Shown piece by piece: positions 28,231-41,667 of a stretch of 64,000 nucleotides of DNA. The notes beneath the pieces were generated by a model, which searched no databases, was not told where the DNA came from, and was given only the letters and a program-made list of their open reading frames with translations. Within the stretch, counting starts at the first letter, position 1. Each line of letters starts with the position of its first letter. Source of the DNA: Octopus vulgaris. Taxonomy: Eukaryota. Made by a program: the position numbers and the translations under genes. The stretch covers positions 79,422,001 through 79,486,000 of the forward strand of contig OX597818.1 in the NCBI GenBank assembly GCA_951406725.2. Reading direction: 5' to 3'.

Positions 28231-28590
28231 AACTATATATATATATATATATATATATTCCCAATTTGTGTGAATTTGTGTAAACTTCACGGTTTGCCAG
28301 TCGTACTGATAATCTATCTAAGATGCATGCAGTTTTGTCAAAACCGTGTTCCAAACATTCAGCTTGTTGGATCATTCGAAGTCGTACTACAGTTGTCAAG
28401 AACTCAACTGTCAGTTAAATACATTTTGAAATCTGATGATTACTGTGAACGTATGAAAGCGCTGACTGAACTTTATGAACATTACAATATCCTTTTTTAA
28501 TATTAAATTACCATAATAAAAAACATGAAAACCAGACCATGTGTTAACTTCATTCAACTGATAACACACACATACACACACGCGCGCGCG

Positions 28591-28643
<53 letters not shown>

Positions 28644-28646
<3 letters not shown>

Positions 28647-29053
28647 ACGGGTTTCTTTCAGTTTCTTATTTTTTTACTGCCCACAAGGGGCTACACACAG
28701 AGGGGACAAACAAGGACAGACAAACGGATTAAGTCGATTACATCGACTGCAGTACGTAATCGGTATTTATTTAATCGACCCCGAAAGGATGAAAGGCAAA
28801 GTCAACCTCGTCGGAATTTGAACTCAGAACGTAGCGGCAGACGAAATACCGCTAAGCATTTCGCCTGGCGTGCTAACGTTTCTGCCAACTCGCCGCCTTC
28901 TTTCAGTTTCTGTCTACCAGATCCATTCCCAGAGTTTAGGTAGGCCCGAGCTATTGTGGGAGTTAATTGACCAAGGTGCCACAATGAAGGACTGGCGCTG
29001 AAACTATGTGGTTGAGGAAGCAAGCTTCGTACCACACAGACATGTCTGCGCCT
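28644..29053 (-). mobile_element. SINE family A interrupted by a SINE family B copy (~28670-28897)
   Basis: TTCTTTCAGTTTC is present on both sides of the nested copy, consistent with a target-site duplication. Confidence 0.85.
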
Positions 29054-30189
29054 AAAATAACTGTGGTCCAGGTGAAGTTATGTACATTCTTCCTTATCAC
29101 TATTCACTGATTCATTTCAAAGTTGAGTTAAACGGATATATATGCTATCGGCATCTTTAAAAAGTCAACCAACTGAAGTGGATGCCTATGTAACCTTTGT
29201 GTTTTATTACTTTAGTAGGTTAAATGTTTGATATGTCACCATTTTCCTCATCGCTTGTTGTTTTATAATATTGCTTAGCGATGAATTTACTGTGCATATC
29301 TATCGAATATGTATTTCACTTGACTTTATTCACACACATGCGGTCACGTGCACAAACTACATACACACACATGTAACTACATACACACAAATATGTATAA
29401 ATATATCTAATATATACACACAAGACATACACATACATATCGATATATATGTATATATATACGCAAGCTCACACACACAGAAACATACACACATGTACCA
29501 AAGCAATAACAAAAAAGTTAAATAAAAAAAGAACGAAAGTGCAAGGGGACACTCAACGAAGGAAATAGTTATAAAGTAAAAGTTATGGAGCAAAGTATGG
29601 TGGAAAGTAATACTAACCTAAGTCATTGTTGTGAATATATCTATATATTATATACTTACTAATATTGTCTCTCGTGTGCGCGTGTGTGTGCGCCCGTGCG
29701 TGTTTGTGTGTGTTTGTATGTTTGTGTGTGTGTGTGTGTGTGTGTGTAGCACTATCAGTGCCAAGCATTGTTTAGGCAGAAGCGAACTTAGGTTTGTAAA
29801 AAATATGTTTGTGACATATGTCAACTTCTAAAGGCATATTTCACCCCATTTACTGTGGCGAAAAAATACTCCCTTATGGGAAAAAGAGTAAAAGCACTAT
29901 ATCTGATCAGTGCCGCCCCCTAACGGATTATGAATGGGAAATACCGAGGAGGAATAATTCTGGGAAGACTTTAAAGCCACATTTTTAACTAAAACGCTGT
30001 CAGTAACATTAACCAAATCGCGACAGGTCTGAAGAAATTCGGCAGTATCAGTGCCAAGGAGTATTTAGGCATAAGCGAACTTTAGGTAAGTTTAAATATG
30101 ATGGTAATATATTTCAAAATCTGAAGGCAACTGTGATTTCCTATCCTAGAAAAATGGCTAATATTTCCTTCAAATATTGCTTTTGTTAC

Positions 30190-30360
30190 ATTTATTCAAG
30201 CCCCAAATAATCTCTCGACACATGACAATTATGCTCTCCCACTACACCTGCTCATGAGCAAAGATGCGCGTATTGTCAGCCACTAAGGGACATGCTCAAG
30301 TGATTAAGGTGAATCAACTGACAAGCAAATCTCTGGTATTGAGTAGATTATTTGCTATAA
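30190..30360 (-). mobile_element. Diverged partial homologue of the ~550-bp AAT-associated element
   Basis: GTCAGCCACTAAGGGACATGCTCAA..CAACTGACAAGCAAATCT.TGGTATTGAG matches 53418-53487. Confidence 0.8.
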
Positions 30361-30721
30361 TGCTATTTCAGCTTCAGCAACTCAGCGCTGAGTCTGTCTG
30401 AAATGTAATGGAAAAATCTGTCAGTTTCAAAATATTGATGCGCAAGTCACGAAATCAAAGATAAAAAGCAATAGTAGTTACTTCCTCTGATTTCTAGATA
30501 GAAGCAAATAGAAAACAACAGTTATTGAGTAAAGACAAAAATAAAATTATTATATTATACAGTGTAACCATTACAACTCCCGCCATCGCCGCAACACACA
30601 CTCAGTCAAACAAATTGTGAATCATATCACATTATGAATATATCTCAGTTAAGAATAATCTGAACGATACTTAATCATTTTGGTTTAGTGTTTAAAGTCG
30701 AGTTTGGCTTATACGCATCAC

Positions 30722-31840
30722 TACGAGGTGAATTCTAAAAGTTTACAGGCGTTTTTAGGAGAGGCAGCTAAAAATAAAAGTCGTAGATTATTGTAATTTT
30801 AGTATATTAGTGAAAGCGCATGGCTCATTGGTTAGAATATCGAGCTTACGATCGTGAGATTGTGAGTTCGATTCCCGGACCGGGCTGTGTGTTGTGTTCT
30901 TGAGCAAGACACTGTATTTCACGTTGTTAACTCAGCTGTAGAAATGAGTTGCGACATCACTGGTGCCAAGCTGTATCGGTCTTTGCCTTTCCCTTGGATA
31001 ACATCAGTGGTGTGGAGGGCGACTGCTGGTCTTCCATAAACAACCTTGCCCGGACTTGTGCCTCGGAGGGTAACTTTCAAGGTGCAATCCCATGGTGATT
31101 CGTGACCGAAGGGGGTCTCCTCCTCAGTATATCAGTACTATGCATCTAATAAACTGACCTGCCAACTTTTGTGTTTTAAAATTGAAGGTGACGACTGTAA
31201 CAGGACTTTGAACACACCCTACTAAACACTGCTTGTCACAGCAAACGAGTTTGCAGAATGCAGTCAAGACGTAAAGACAACTTGAATGTTTCCTGCGCAA
31301 TAACGTTTTGTGTTAAACTGAGTGAAAACACTACAGAAACTTATGAAATACTCCAGGCTGCTTATGGATGAGAAAATTCGCAATTTTCAGGATGAAACTG
31401 TTTTATGTCTATAAAGACAATAAACATACAGCCTGGAGCTGGTGTGGTGACTTTACACAAAATTCTTCCTGACGGTCTGAATATAAGCAAAATTTGTTCC
31501 CAGGCTGCTCTGCGATCAGCATCCTGGTGACCAACTTCTTAAAGATAGGCATCAAAATTGTCCTTAACCTTCCCTACAATCCAGACTGTACACCCTATCA
31601 CTTTTGTTTGTTTCCCAAACTGAAGGAGAACCTTAGGAACAGTCATTTTGAAGATGGAGGCTGTGAAGAAGGTCCTGGACACCTTCAATTTGGTGAACTT
31701 CCGTAAAATCTTTAGGAAGTGGTTGGAGTGCTACAACAAATGCATTGAAATCAGATGATTCTAGTTTGAATGAGAATAGAGTTTTGTACTTCTTTGAAAT
31801 TAATAGAAGTCTGTTCTGAAAATCTCTGAAAACTTTTATC
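30722..31840 (+). mobile_element. Decayed mariner element with a nested family C SINE (30810-31120)
   Basis: TACGAGG..AAAAGTTT terminus; FCVKLSENTTETYEILQAAYG; PYNPDCTPYHFCLFPKLKENLR (YSPDLAP.DF motif). Confidence 0.8.
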
Positions 31841-32479
31841 TTTAGGAGTCTTTATTAAATTTCAGGGGCTTAGCATATTCAGTTGTATCATCACATAAAG
31901 TTCACTTTGACTCACCTTCAGGTACAACATGAGAAGGTTTTACGAAATGAACAATTGACAATGTAGTTAATACAATATTATTACTATAGAAACAATAATC
32001 ATCAAATTATTAAACGTGATGTTAATGCAAAGAATGACTGTTCGGTGACAATCTATTCCTCAACAAAAGAAGCTTTCCGTTTTTGTTTTCATCTTCGGCG
32101 CAATATGCGTATTTATACAGGATTTCTTTTCTCTAGTTATCAGTTTAGACCAGCTACAGGGGTAGTGTAGGAGATATTATAGAAACAATTAATTTTTCCT
32201 TCATGAAATTTCTGAGTACATCTCCAATTTTCGACTCTCGAATCTAGCTAGAAGTTGTGAAAGAATAAAAAATTAAAAAAATATAATCAATTAATTTAAT
32301 TAAACCTATCTTTTACTTGCAGCGCTAACATTCGAAACTGTAGTCACATGATCCCGTTAGTATTTCTCATATACATATTCAATAATTTCGTGTTGATTAA
32401 CAATTTACTGCAAATGCAAATCTAACTAGCTTTGACTTTGCCTCTCATTGTTCTGATACCAGATTAGCTAGATTCTTTA

Positions 32480-32803
32480 AAGACTCCGCCGGTTACAACG
32501 ACGAGGGTCCCAGCTGATACGATCAACGGAACAGCTTGCTCGTGAAATTAACGTGCAAATGGCTGAGCATTCCACAGACACGTGTACCCTTAACGTAGTT
32601 CTCGGGGATAATCAGCGTGACACAGAGAGTGACAAGGCTGACCCTTTGAAATACAAGTACAACTCATTTTTGCCAGCTGAGTGGACTGGAGCAACGTGAA
32701 ATAAAGTGTCTTGCTCAAGGACACAACGCGTCGCTGGGAATCGAACTCACAACCTTACGATCATGAGCCGAATGCCCTAACCACTAAGCCAAGCGCCCTC
32801 ACT
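32480..32803 (-). mobile_element. tRNA-derived SINE with a family C head and a tail shared with the 37817 SINE
   Basis: Minus-strand GGCTTAGTGGTTAGGGC..GAGTTCGATTCC..CTTGAGCAAGACAC; tail GAGAACTACGTTAAGGGTACACGTG..GTTAATTTCACGAGC. Confidence 0.88.
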
Positions 32804-32949
32804 AGCTAGATTACACATCCAGCTAATCGACTGATTGATATAGAGATATAGTAAACTATGTTTATCTGTACCAAGCGTTAACCGTAGTAATATGTAACAT
32901 GAAAGCGTCAAGTACGACTAAAGGGCTTCTGTGGACTATGTCCTTGAAA

Positions 32950-35900
32950 TAATCATTACTTTTATAGGCACAAGGCCTGCAATTTTGGGGGAGAGAGCTA
33001 GTCGATTACATCGACACAAGTTTTCAACTGGTACTTATTTCCTTGTTTCTGAAAGGATGAAAGGCAAAGTTTACCTCAGCGGAATTTGAACTCAGGACGT
33101 AAAGGCGGACAAAATGCCGCTAAGCATTTTGCTCGGCGTGCTAACGATTCTGTCAGCTCGCCGTCTTCAAAGTACTTGAAATAACCCTTTCTACTATAAG
33201 CACAAGGCCTGAAATTTGGGCGGAGGGGACTAGTCGACTACATCAACCTCAGTGTTTCACTGGAACTTAATTTATCGACCCTGAAAATACTTGAAATAAT
33301 GATTTCTAATTTGTGCATAAGAGTACGTGGTGATACTTCATTTTATTGAGCTAGGAGGTCTGAGAGGCAAAGGCAACTTCTGTGGGATTTGAACGCAGGT
33401 CATGACGAGTGGAAATAAATGATGCAAAGCATTTTCTAAAAGCTTTAAAGCGCTTGAATTCATACTTTCTTTATTCTTTCTTTAATAATTATTTCCACTA
33501 TAGGCACAAGACCTGAAATTTTTGGAGGAGTTGAGTAGATGGAGTTAGTTGATTACATCGACATCAAATAGTACTCAATTTATCGACCCCAAAGGGATAA
33601 AAGGTAAATTCGACTCGGCGGAATTTTAACTCACATCGTAAACACGGATGAAATGCCGCTAAGCATTTTCCCTGGAGTGCTAACGATACGATTCTGCCTG
33701 CTCGCTAGTTTAATAATGGTTTCTAATTGTAGCACAAGGCTAGGAGACAGAGCAATTCGATTGCATCGACTGCAGTACTTAACTAATACTTGAATATTAA
33801 CACAAAATGACTGGAGCTCGGAACATAAAGAGCCAGAAGGAATATCGATAAGAATTACCTCTGGCAGGCTCAAGAGACTGCCGGCTCGTCTATAATGCTA
33901 ACAATTTTCAGCAACAAGGGAGAGTACTCTTACATTAATTTTTTAAATTATTTCCCTTTAATTAAAAATTTTAAGTATGCACATCCTAGAATTCTTGCAC
34001 GACCACAGCAGCATAGAATAACCGAAATAATATAGTGCTGGATTAATTGTTTTATCTTGAAAATCTTTTACTACCCACTTTTTTCGCATAATGGACTGGG
34101 AAATCGCGTATACAACAAAATAATATAGTACATTTGATAATTACATTTACATATACAGTATAAACTTTTCTACTCTTGGTATAAAGCCCGAAATTTTGCG
34201 GGGAGTGGCCACTCGATTAAATTGATCCCAGTACGTAGCTCTTACTTAATTTATCGACTCCGAAAGGATGAAAGGCAAAGTCAACCTCGGCGGAATTTTA
34301 CCTCAGAACGTACAGACTGATGAAATACCTCTAAGCATTTCGCTCGGCGTGCTAACGTCTCGGCCAGCTCGCCGCCTTACATATACAGTATAATGCAAAA
34401 ACGCCTGTTGACACGACACTCAACAAAATACAAAAATAATATAAACAATTCATTTGTTTTGTATGACACGGGACGAAATGATCCATCATTCAGTCTCTTT
34501 GAATTTAGAGTTCAACGTACACCAGAGTGAACCATATTTTTCTTCCACCAGCTTTGAAGTAATAATTTGTCTAGTGCCTGTTTAATTTGATAACTAGATC
34601 GATAAAGCCAAACTATAAACCTTTGTAATACCAGAAGTCACCGACAAGAGATAGCTAAATGTCAAAGATAAAGTTTATTGTAACGATCGGTCGGGAAATC
34701 AGCTGTATAATTGAATTCACTGGTACCAGGACAATGTGAGGCAAGGACAAGCCTGGTTGAACTTTATTATTATTTTTTCTTTCTTCAAGATTCATAAGCC
34801 CGATTAACCGGTTTCCAAGGCGAAGATCATAACACTCCCCTTCGACAGGGGTTTGATGATTTTCAAGATTCAAAGCCAGCAGATTTGAGTGGAGGTCGCA
34901 AGATGATTATATTGATTCGATTCCTTGACTGATATTCCATTTTATCAAATCCCGAAGGGATAAAATGAGAAGTTGACATCAACAGGATTTGATTTTAGAT
35001 CGTTACGTGCCAGAAGAAATACCACAAAGTATTCTGTCCGACGTGCTATGAATACATGTGAGGACTATAGGTACACCACTGATTTTCTGGTACCCTTTAT
35101 TCCAAAGCTCAGGCAGATTAACCATTTTTCCCAACAGTGTTCTCGTAATAAACCTTTCTACTATAGGCACAAGGCCTGGATTTTGTGGGGAGGTAGACAG
35201 TCGATCACATCGACTCCAGTACTCCACTGGTACTTAATTTATCGACCCCGAAAGGATGAAAGGCAAAGTCAACCTCTGCGGAATTTGAACGCAGAACGTT
35301 GCGACGTACGAAATGTCGCTAAGCACGTAATAATATTTTAGTGGTCACCTCATCGAGGTCGACTTTGGCTTTCATCCTTTCGGGGTCGATAAATTAAGTA
35401 CCAGTTACGCACTGGGTTCGATCTAAACGACAGGTCCCCTCCCCCAAAATTCCGGGCCTTGTGCCTAGAGTAGAAAAGAATATTTTAGTGGTTGCGTAAT
35501 AATATTTTATCAAAACACCTCCTATGCCATTCATATCAAACACCTTACATATCGAAATACTGTCATCAATCTTTGTAGCAGTTCTATACCCTATTTCTTG
35601 AATCGATATAGATTGATATTTACGTCTGTAACAACCACTAACGCCATTGGTTCTCTTACTTAAGATAACTTTAAACTAAATAAGCAGAGAAGCTCTCAAA
35701 ATGTTAGCAACGTCACTAAGAAATGCAATGTAAATAATTATTTCTACTCTCGGTACAAGGCCTTGAAAATTTTGCGGGGAAGGGAGCTGGTCGATTACAT
35801 CGACCCCATTGCGTAACTGGTACTTAATTCATCGACCCCGAAAGGATGAAAGGCAAAGTCAAACTCGGGCGGAATTTGAACACAGAATGTAGCGGCAGAC

Positions 35901-36075
35901 GAAATACCTATTTCTTTACTACCCACAAGGGGCTAAGCACAGATGGGACAAACAAGGACAGACAAACGGATTAAGTCGATTATATCGACCCCAGTGCGTA
36001 ACTGGTACTTAATTTATCGACCCCGAAAGGATGAAAAGCAAAGTCGACCTCGGCGGAATTTGAACTCAGAACGTA

Positions 36076-36080
<5 letters not shown>
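32950..36080 (-). mobile_element. Cluster of ~12 family B SINE copies or fragments (Meta-domain-like), mostly minus strand, one plus-strand copy at 35350-35480
   Basis: Repeated TTTATCGACCCCGAAAGGATGAAAGGCAAAGTCRACCTCGGCGGAATTTGAACTCAGAACGT. Its reverse complement resembles the MetaSINE/Sauria central domain (recalled, not searched). Confidence 0.88.
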
Positions 36081-36148
<68 letters not shown>

Positions 36149-36746
36149 TAATTTGTTTAATTAATTTCTTTATTTATAATTTTTTTTTTCGATTCGATTT
36201 ATTATTGTTATTACTAGTATTGTTGTTATACATACAAGCATGTAATGATAATAATAAGTGGATGTAAACACATGAACCAAATAAGAATAAACAAAAACAA
36301 CAAAAACAAAATACAAATTACATGAACATATATAAACAGAAAATACAAATATTACAGGCATCCCCCCACATACACACACTAAATAAACATAAACGCACAT
36401 AGAGATATAAGCATGCGCAAATGAAGACATACAATAGAAATACAAAATGGCTGACGGTTAGTAAGGAGCGACACAAATAAGAAAGAAGAAAACAAAGGAC
36501 CACTGATGCGGTCACAGGAGTGTGACGAAAGAAATCTGGCCGAAATAAGATTAAGATTAATGTAAAAAATAAATAACACTGAAGCAAAATAACACCAAAT
36601 ATATAGTGCGTGTGTTTTTATTGGCTAAACTGGCAAAATGACCATTCTGAAATATAACAATATCTGTTTCAACACACGACTTCACATAAAAAATCTTGCA
36701 CAACAAATATTTAAACGTATATATATATATACATATACATATATAC

Positions 36747-36805
<59 letters not shown>

Positions 36806-36809
36806 CAGG

Positions 36810-37416
36810 TTAGACATGGCCTGGGCCAGTACTGGCCAAAACCTTTCTAAGTTATTCTAAGTTATATACAAAACGCCCCCCGTCCAATGAACGGCGCTGA
36901 GTTGTCAAACATTTAAACCAAATTTTCTCAAAACAACTTTCCAACTGTCCCATAGGCCTCCCCTTTGAGAAACACTGATTTAACCTAAATTTGAGACACC
37001 AGCAAAAGAAGGAATAAAGATAGACTTTTTTTCTATTCCAAAGATAAACGATTTTATTCACACAAATATTCAACTGAAGAGTTTAAAGTACCAGAAATGA
37101 AAAGACTGTTGACTGAGAGAACACAAACATGGTTTAAACAGTAAGCTTGGCGGGAAAGAAACGTGCCTTTAAGCAGTACAAAGACAACAAAACATGGAAG
37201 GTGCACTTATGTACTGGTTGAAGGAAGGAAAGCAGGACAAAAACGGCTTTATCGATCGCATTTTCACATGGAATCGATTTGGGAATTTTTAAAGACTTAT
37301 ACACGCCCTGATACCGTCGGTATCTACATATCAAATTTGAGCGCAATCGGATGGAGGATGCCCGAGATCCTAGAAGACACACACACACACAGACAGAACG
37401 GATTTTATATAATAGA
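36810..37416 (-). mobile_element. Non-autonomous Helitron-like element
   Basis: Minus strand begins TCTATTATATAAAA..(TG)n and ends in the hairpin GGCCAGTACTGGCC about 10 nt before a degenerate CTAR. Confidence 0.55.
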
Positions 37417-37816
37417 TATACAGTAGCAAACTGAAGAAGAGAAATCTTTCAAAGGGGTCTGTTAAACATCCAATTCACTGGTACTTCAGCTGGATACTAT
37501 ATAAAAATTGGTATAATTCAATATTAAAGATAAATTAAATATAGAGATATTCTATTGACAATCCAATAACTTATTTATATTACAATATTACCTTAAATAC
37601 TAAGATTATAATATATAACATAACATAATATTATATAAATAATTATAAAAATTGTAAAAGGCCAACAAATTCTTTCGACTTATATATATATTTTTCCTGA
37701 AATACATAATCACAGTTCCATTATATATAAGTCGCTTAAGGGTCCTTAGTTCAGAAATGTATTTGTGTGTATATATATCTGGATGTGAGTGTATCTATAT
37801 GTATATATGTATGTAT

Positions 37817-38193
37817 GGAGGCGCAATGGTCGAGTGGTTAGGGCAGCGGACACGCGGTCGTAGGATCGCGGTTTCGATTCACAGACCGGGCGTTGTGTGT
37901 GTTTATTGAGCGAAAACACCTAAAGTTCCACAAGGCTCCGGCAGGGGATGGTGTCGAATCCTGCTGTACTCTTTCACCACAACTTTCTCTCACTCTTTCT
38001 TCCTGTTTCTGTTGTACCTGAATTTCAAAGGGCCAGCCTTGTCACACTCTGTCACGCTGAATCTCCCTGAGAACTACGTTAAGGGCATACGTGACTGTGG
38101 AGTCCTCAGCCACTTGCACGTTAATTTCACGAGCAGGCTATTCCGTTGATCGGATCAACTGGAAACCTCGTTGTCGTAACCGACGGAGTGCCA
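37817..38193 (+). mobile_element. tRNA-derived SINE, full length
   Basis: GGAGGCGCAATGGTCGAGTGGTTAGGGC..GGTTTCGATTC head; tail shared with 32480-32640; A-run at the end. Confidence 0.88.
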
Positions 38194-38294
38194 TTAAAAA
38201 AATGTATAAATATGTATGTATATGTACGTATCTATGTGTGTACAAGTATGTGTGTGTATGTATGTGTGTACATCTATGTAAATGTATATATATG

Positions 38295-38326
<32 letters not shown>

Positions 38327-38649
38327 ATAGTAAAAAATAGTTTCATTTGACTTACTAAATAAATTTAATAACCAAAATAATTATTATAGTATTGTATAAT
38401 TTATAAATCGTATTCTTATTAAAACGTTTGGATATGTACCATATATTGCCCATCATTTTTGAAAATAATAATATAGATTAGTTTATCAGGAACTGTGCTT
38501 TTTGACTGTTTGGTTTGGTTTGTATTGATGATTTCTGTCGATTCACTAAATCATCCCTTCCATGGTGTGCGAATAAAAATCATTTCTTAAGTAACTTCAA
38601 ATCTGGTTACCACTAAAAAATTAGTAAATTTGATTTCCATTGCCGTAGC

Positions 38650-38703
<54 letters not shown>

Positions 38704-39019
38704 CGAAATAAGCAACAAGGATTTCCAAGGTAGTGTAGTACAATCGTTTCATGCTACTTCATTTTTTTAAACAATGTAAATATTACATCAGTTTTAAAAT
38801 GTAGAGCAATTTTAAGTCACATATAGAATTTTTTAATTAAATGGACAATGTACATTTTTATATTTATTTCATTTGCCAACATTACAAAGATGGTAGATAT
38901 ATAGACAGAGAGGTTAATTTCATCATTAAGAACATGGTAGTAGAAGGTCCTTCTCCATCTGTAGATTTTTTATCACTGAGTTCGCTTTGTTATTTAGATT
39001 TATCATTACAAAATAAACA

Positions 39020-40180
39020 AGGCATCCTAGTCCCGGCTGATAAAACTGGAAACCTATATAGACTTGAATATACAACGTACAGTAAACTTATTAGAAAAGA
39101 ACTGAACTTGAGATATAAAATAACTACAAATAACTGAGGGATATTAATTTAGAAATGAAAAAGGTTATGATGAAATATGATTTAGTCGACAGGACAGAAG
39201 CTTTAACATCGTGTGAACCTAAAATTAATCTTAAACACAACAAAAACATTTTCTGTGAGAACCCTTCTGTAAGACTTATATGCTCAACTAAGTCAGATAC
39301 TGGCCGACTTAGTAAATCTATTTTGGACAATATTCTACCCCATATAATCCCTAACCTTTCCTTGAAATTAAGGATTAACACTGATGAGGTAATCAATTGG
39401 TTTAAATCTTTAAATTATAATAGCAGATATTCTTTCATCCAAATTGATATTAATTACTATTCTAGTATATTCCATATTCTCCTAAATACATCACTTATTT
39501 TCGCGAAAAACCTCTCTCTCATAACTAGGGAAGAAATTGATATTATTTTACTAGCTAGAAAAATTATCATTGAATTTGAGGGAAAATTGTGGACTAGAGC
39601 TGATACCCCAAATAATTTTGATATACCCATGGGCTCTAGTAATTCGGCGGAGGTAACTAATTCAGTAGGAACTTATTTATTAAAATGCATAAGTAGAGAG
39701 ATCCCCGAATTACAAGGGTGTTTATATAGGGATGATGCATTATTTATCGTCCCTAGTAATAATAAATCGATAATTGAGAGAATAAGGAAGAAAATTAGTA
39801 GATTTTTCAAGGATTTCAACTTAGGCATCACTTATGAATATAACACTAAGATAATTAACTTTCTAGATGTTTCTTTAGATTTAAACTCAAAATTATATTA
39901 CCCATATAGAAAAGATGGTGAAGTCACTAGATACGTAAATAAATTATCAAATCACCCCCACCCCAATATACTGAAATCGATAGTGAGAAGTATTTCAAAA
40001 AGAATTTCAAAATTATCATCTAACAATGAAAGTTTTAATACCCACTCACATCATTACAATGTTGCCTTTTCTAGAGCAGGATATGACCAGGAAATCACCT
40101 TCCTAGATCTTGATAATATAAATCTTTCAAATGAAAAACTGAGTGAAAAGAGCTCAAATAATATAGAATCTTCAATTTAA
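39020..40180 (+). pseudogene. Penelope-type reverse transcriptase (partial)
   Basis: ILVPADKTGNLY, PSVRLI, FIQIDI..YSSI, FDIPMGS, LYRDD, INFLDVSLDL, YVNKLSNHP. Confidence 0.92.
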
Positions 40181-40901
40181 AACAAAAGTATAAATCAACC
40201 AAAACAGATAACCTAGTATATAAGCCAGTTACAATAAATAGAAATCGTAAACAGGATGTAAATATGTATAAAAAGGTTAAGCTAGATAAAATAAATACAA
40301 ATAATAATATAAAAATCTCTCCCACTGATAAACCTAATAAATATAAATATAAGACTAAAGAGAATAACAAATCTCTAAAGGATATAGATAACATTAATCT
40401 TTCCCACCCTTACTCAAATAAAAAATTTAAAAGAAGAAATGTTGTATTGCTAGATATTCCCTTCAACTAGGCAATTTCTACGAACATATACGGCAAATTT
40501 ATGTCCATACTAGAAACAAATATTTCCCTGCTTCCCATAAATATCATAAAATTATTTCTAGTAAATCAGTGAGAATATTATACTCTACTCTTCCAAATAG
40601 GGGTACCATAATAGCGAGACTAAATAGGGAAAATATTAAGAAATGTTATAAATAGCAACAACAACAACAACAACAACAACAACAGCAACAACAACAACAA
40701 CAATAATAATAATAATAATAATAATATAAACAATAATAATAATGATATCAATAATATAAATGATAATAATAAAAATGCGGAAAGTGAGGAAATAAAGAAA
40801 AGATTAGAACAAACAACCCTAACTTACATAACAATATAATTATAGATAAGGGAAATAACACTAATGCTAGTAATAGCTCTAATAATGAAAATGAAAACAG
40901 C

Positions 40902-41355
40902 TTGTTCCTAAATGATACTAATATCAGGAATCACTCCCCTAGTTGTAATTGTAGAATTAGATCAAGATGTCCGTTATCTGGTCGGTGTCTAGTTCAAAAT
41001 GTAATTTATAAATCTACAATAATGACTTTAAATAATAGCTATCTTTATTTCGGATGTTCGATAGACCTGAAGAAACGTTTGAACAATCATTTTTCTAGTT
41101 TTAGGCTTAAACATAAGGCGGGTTGCACAACGCTTTCCAGTAAAATTTGGGAATTGAAAGAAAAACAAAATCGAATTTAACCTAATAAGAAAGGAACAGC
41201 GTTATAAAAATAGTATGGATACACGTGAACTTTGTCCTATGGAGACATATGAAATTTTGAAACATAGGAATAATATAAACTTATTGAATAACCGTTCTGC
41301 ACTAGGAGTATCCTGCATACTTTGCGCCACCCGTACTTTTAAGTATTTTAAATAA
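40902..41355 (+). pseudogene. Penelope GIY-YIG endonuclease with Cys-rich motif (disrupted)
   Basis: CNCRIRSRCPLSGRCLVQNVIYK..YLYFGCS..KKRLNNHFSSF..TLSSKIWELKE. Confidence 0.88.
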
Positions 41356-41667
41356 TAAGTCTTCTGACCATTCCTAAATTTTCAAATCCTAATATTTTGT
41401 AACCAAATAAGGATTTAATACACCATACTAGCTTTTATTTAACCTGCATAGATTATTAAGAAATTTTATAATATAAATAAATTTGAATAAAGTGAATTTT
41501 GAATCTTTTGATACTTTCCTATATAGGATTGCATAAATTCTATATATCTAGTGAAATTATTTAGTTCATCTTGATTACCTCCCTTCCATTACATTTTAAT
41601 ATATATCTTATAGACTCTTGATATATGTGCTAATTGATAAGTGCGTGACTTTCTTATTTTCGTCCTG

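Noticed and set aside
28117-28500. 127-aa ORF as a host gene
   Set aside because: Starts inside a SINE, crosses a TA repeat, and has no recognisable domain or convincing splice sites.
37430-37460. CTGAAGA-AGAG..CTTT motif
   Set aside because: GAAA is absent (CAAA) and there is no stem I or III.
37817-37890. tRNA gene
   Set aside because: The A/B boxes continue into a repeated SINE body; this and the other SINE heads are tRNA-derived, not tRNA genes.
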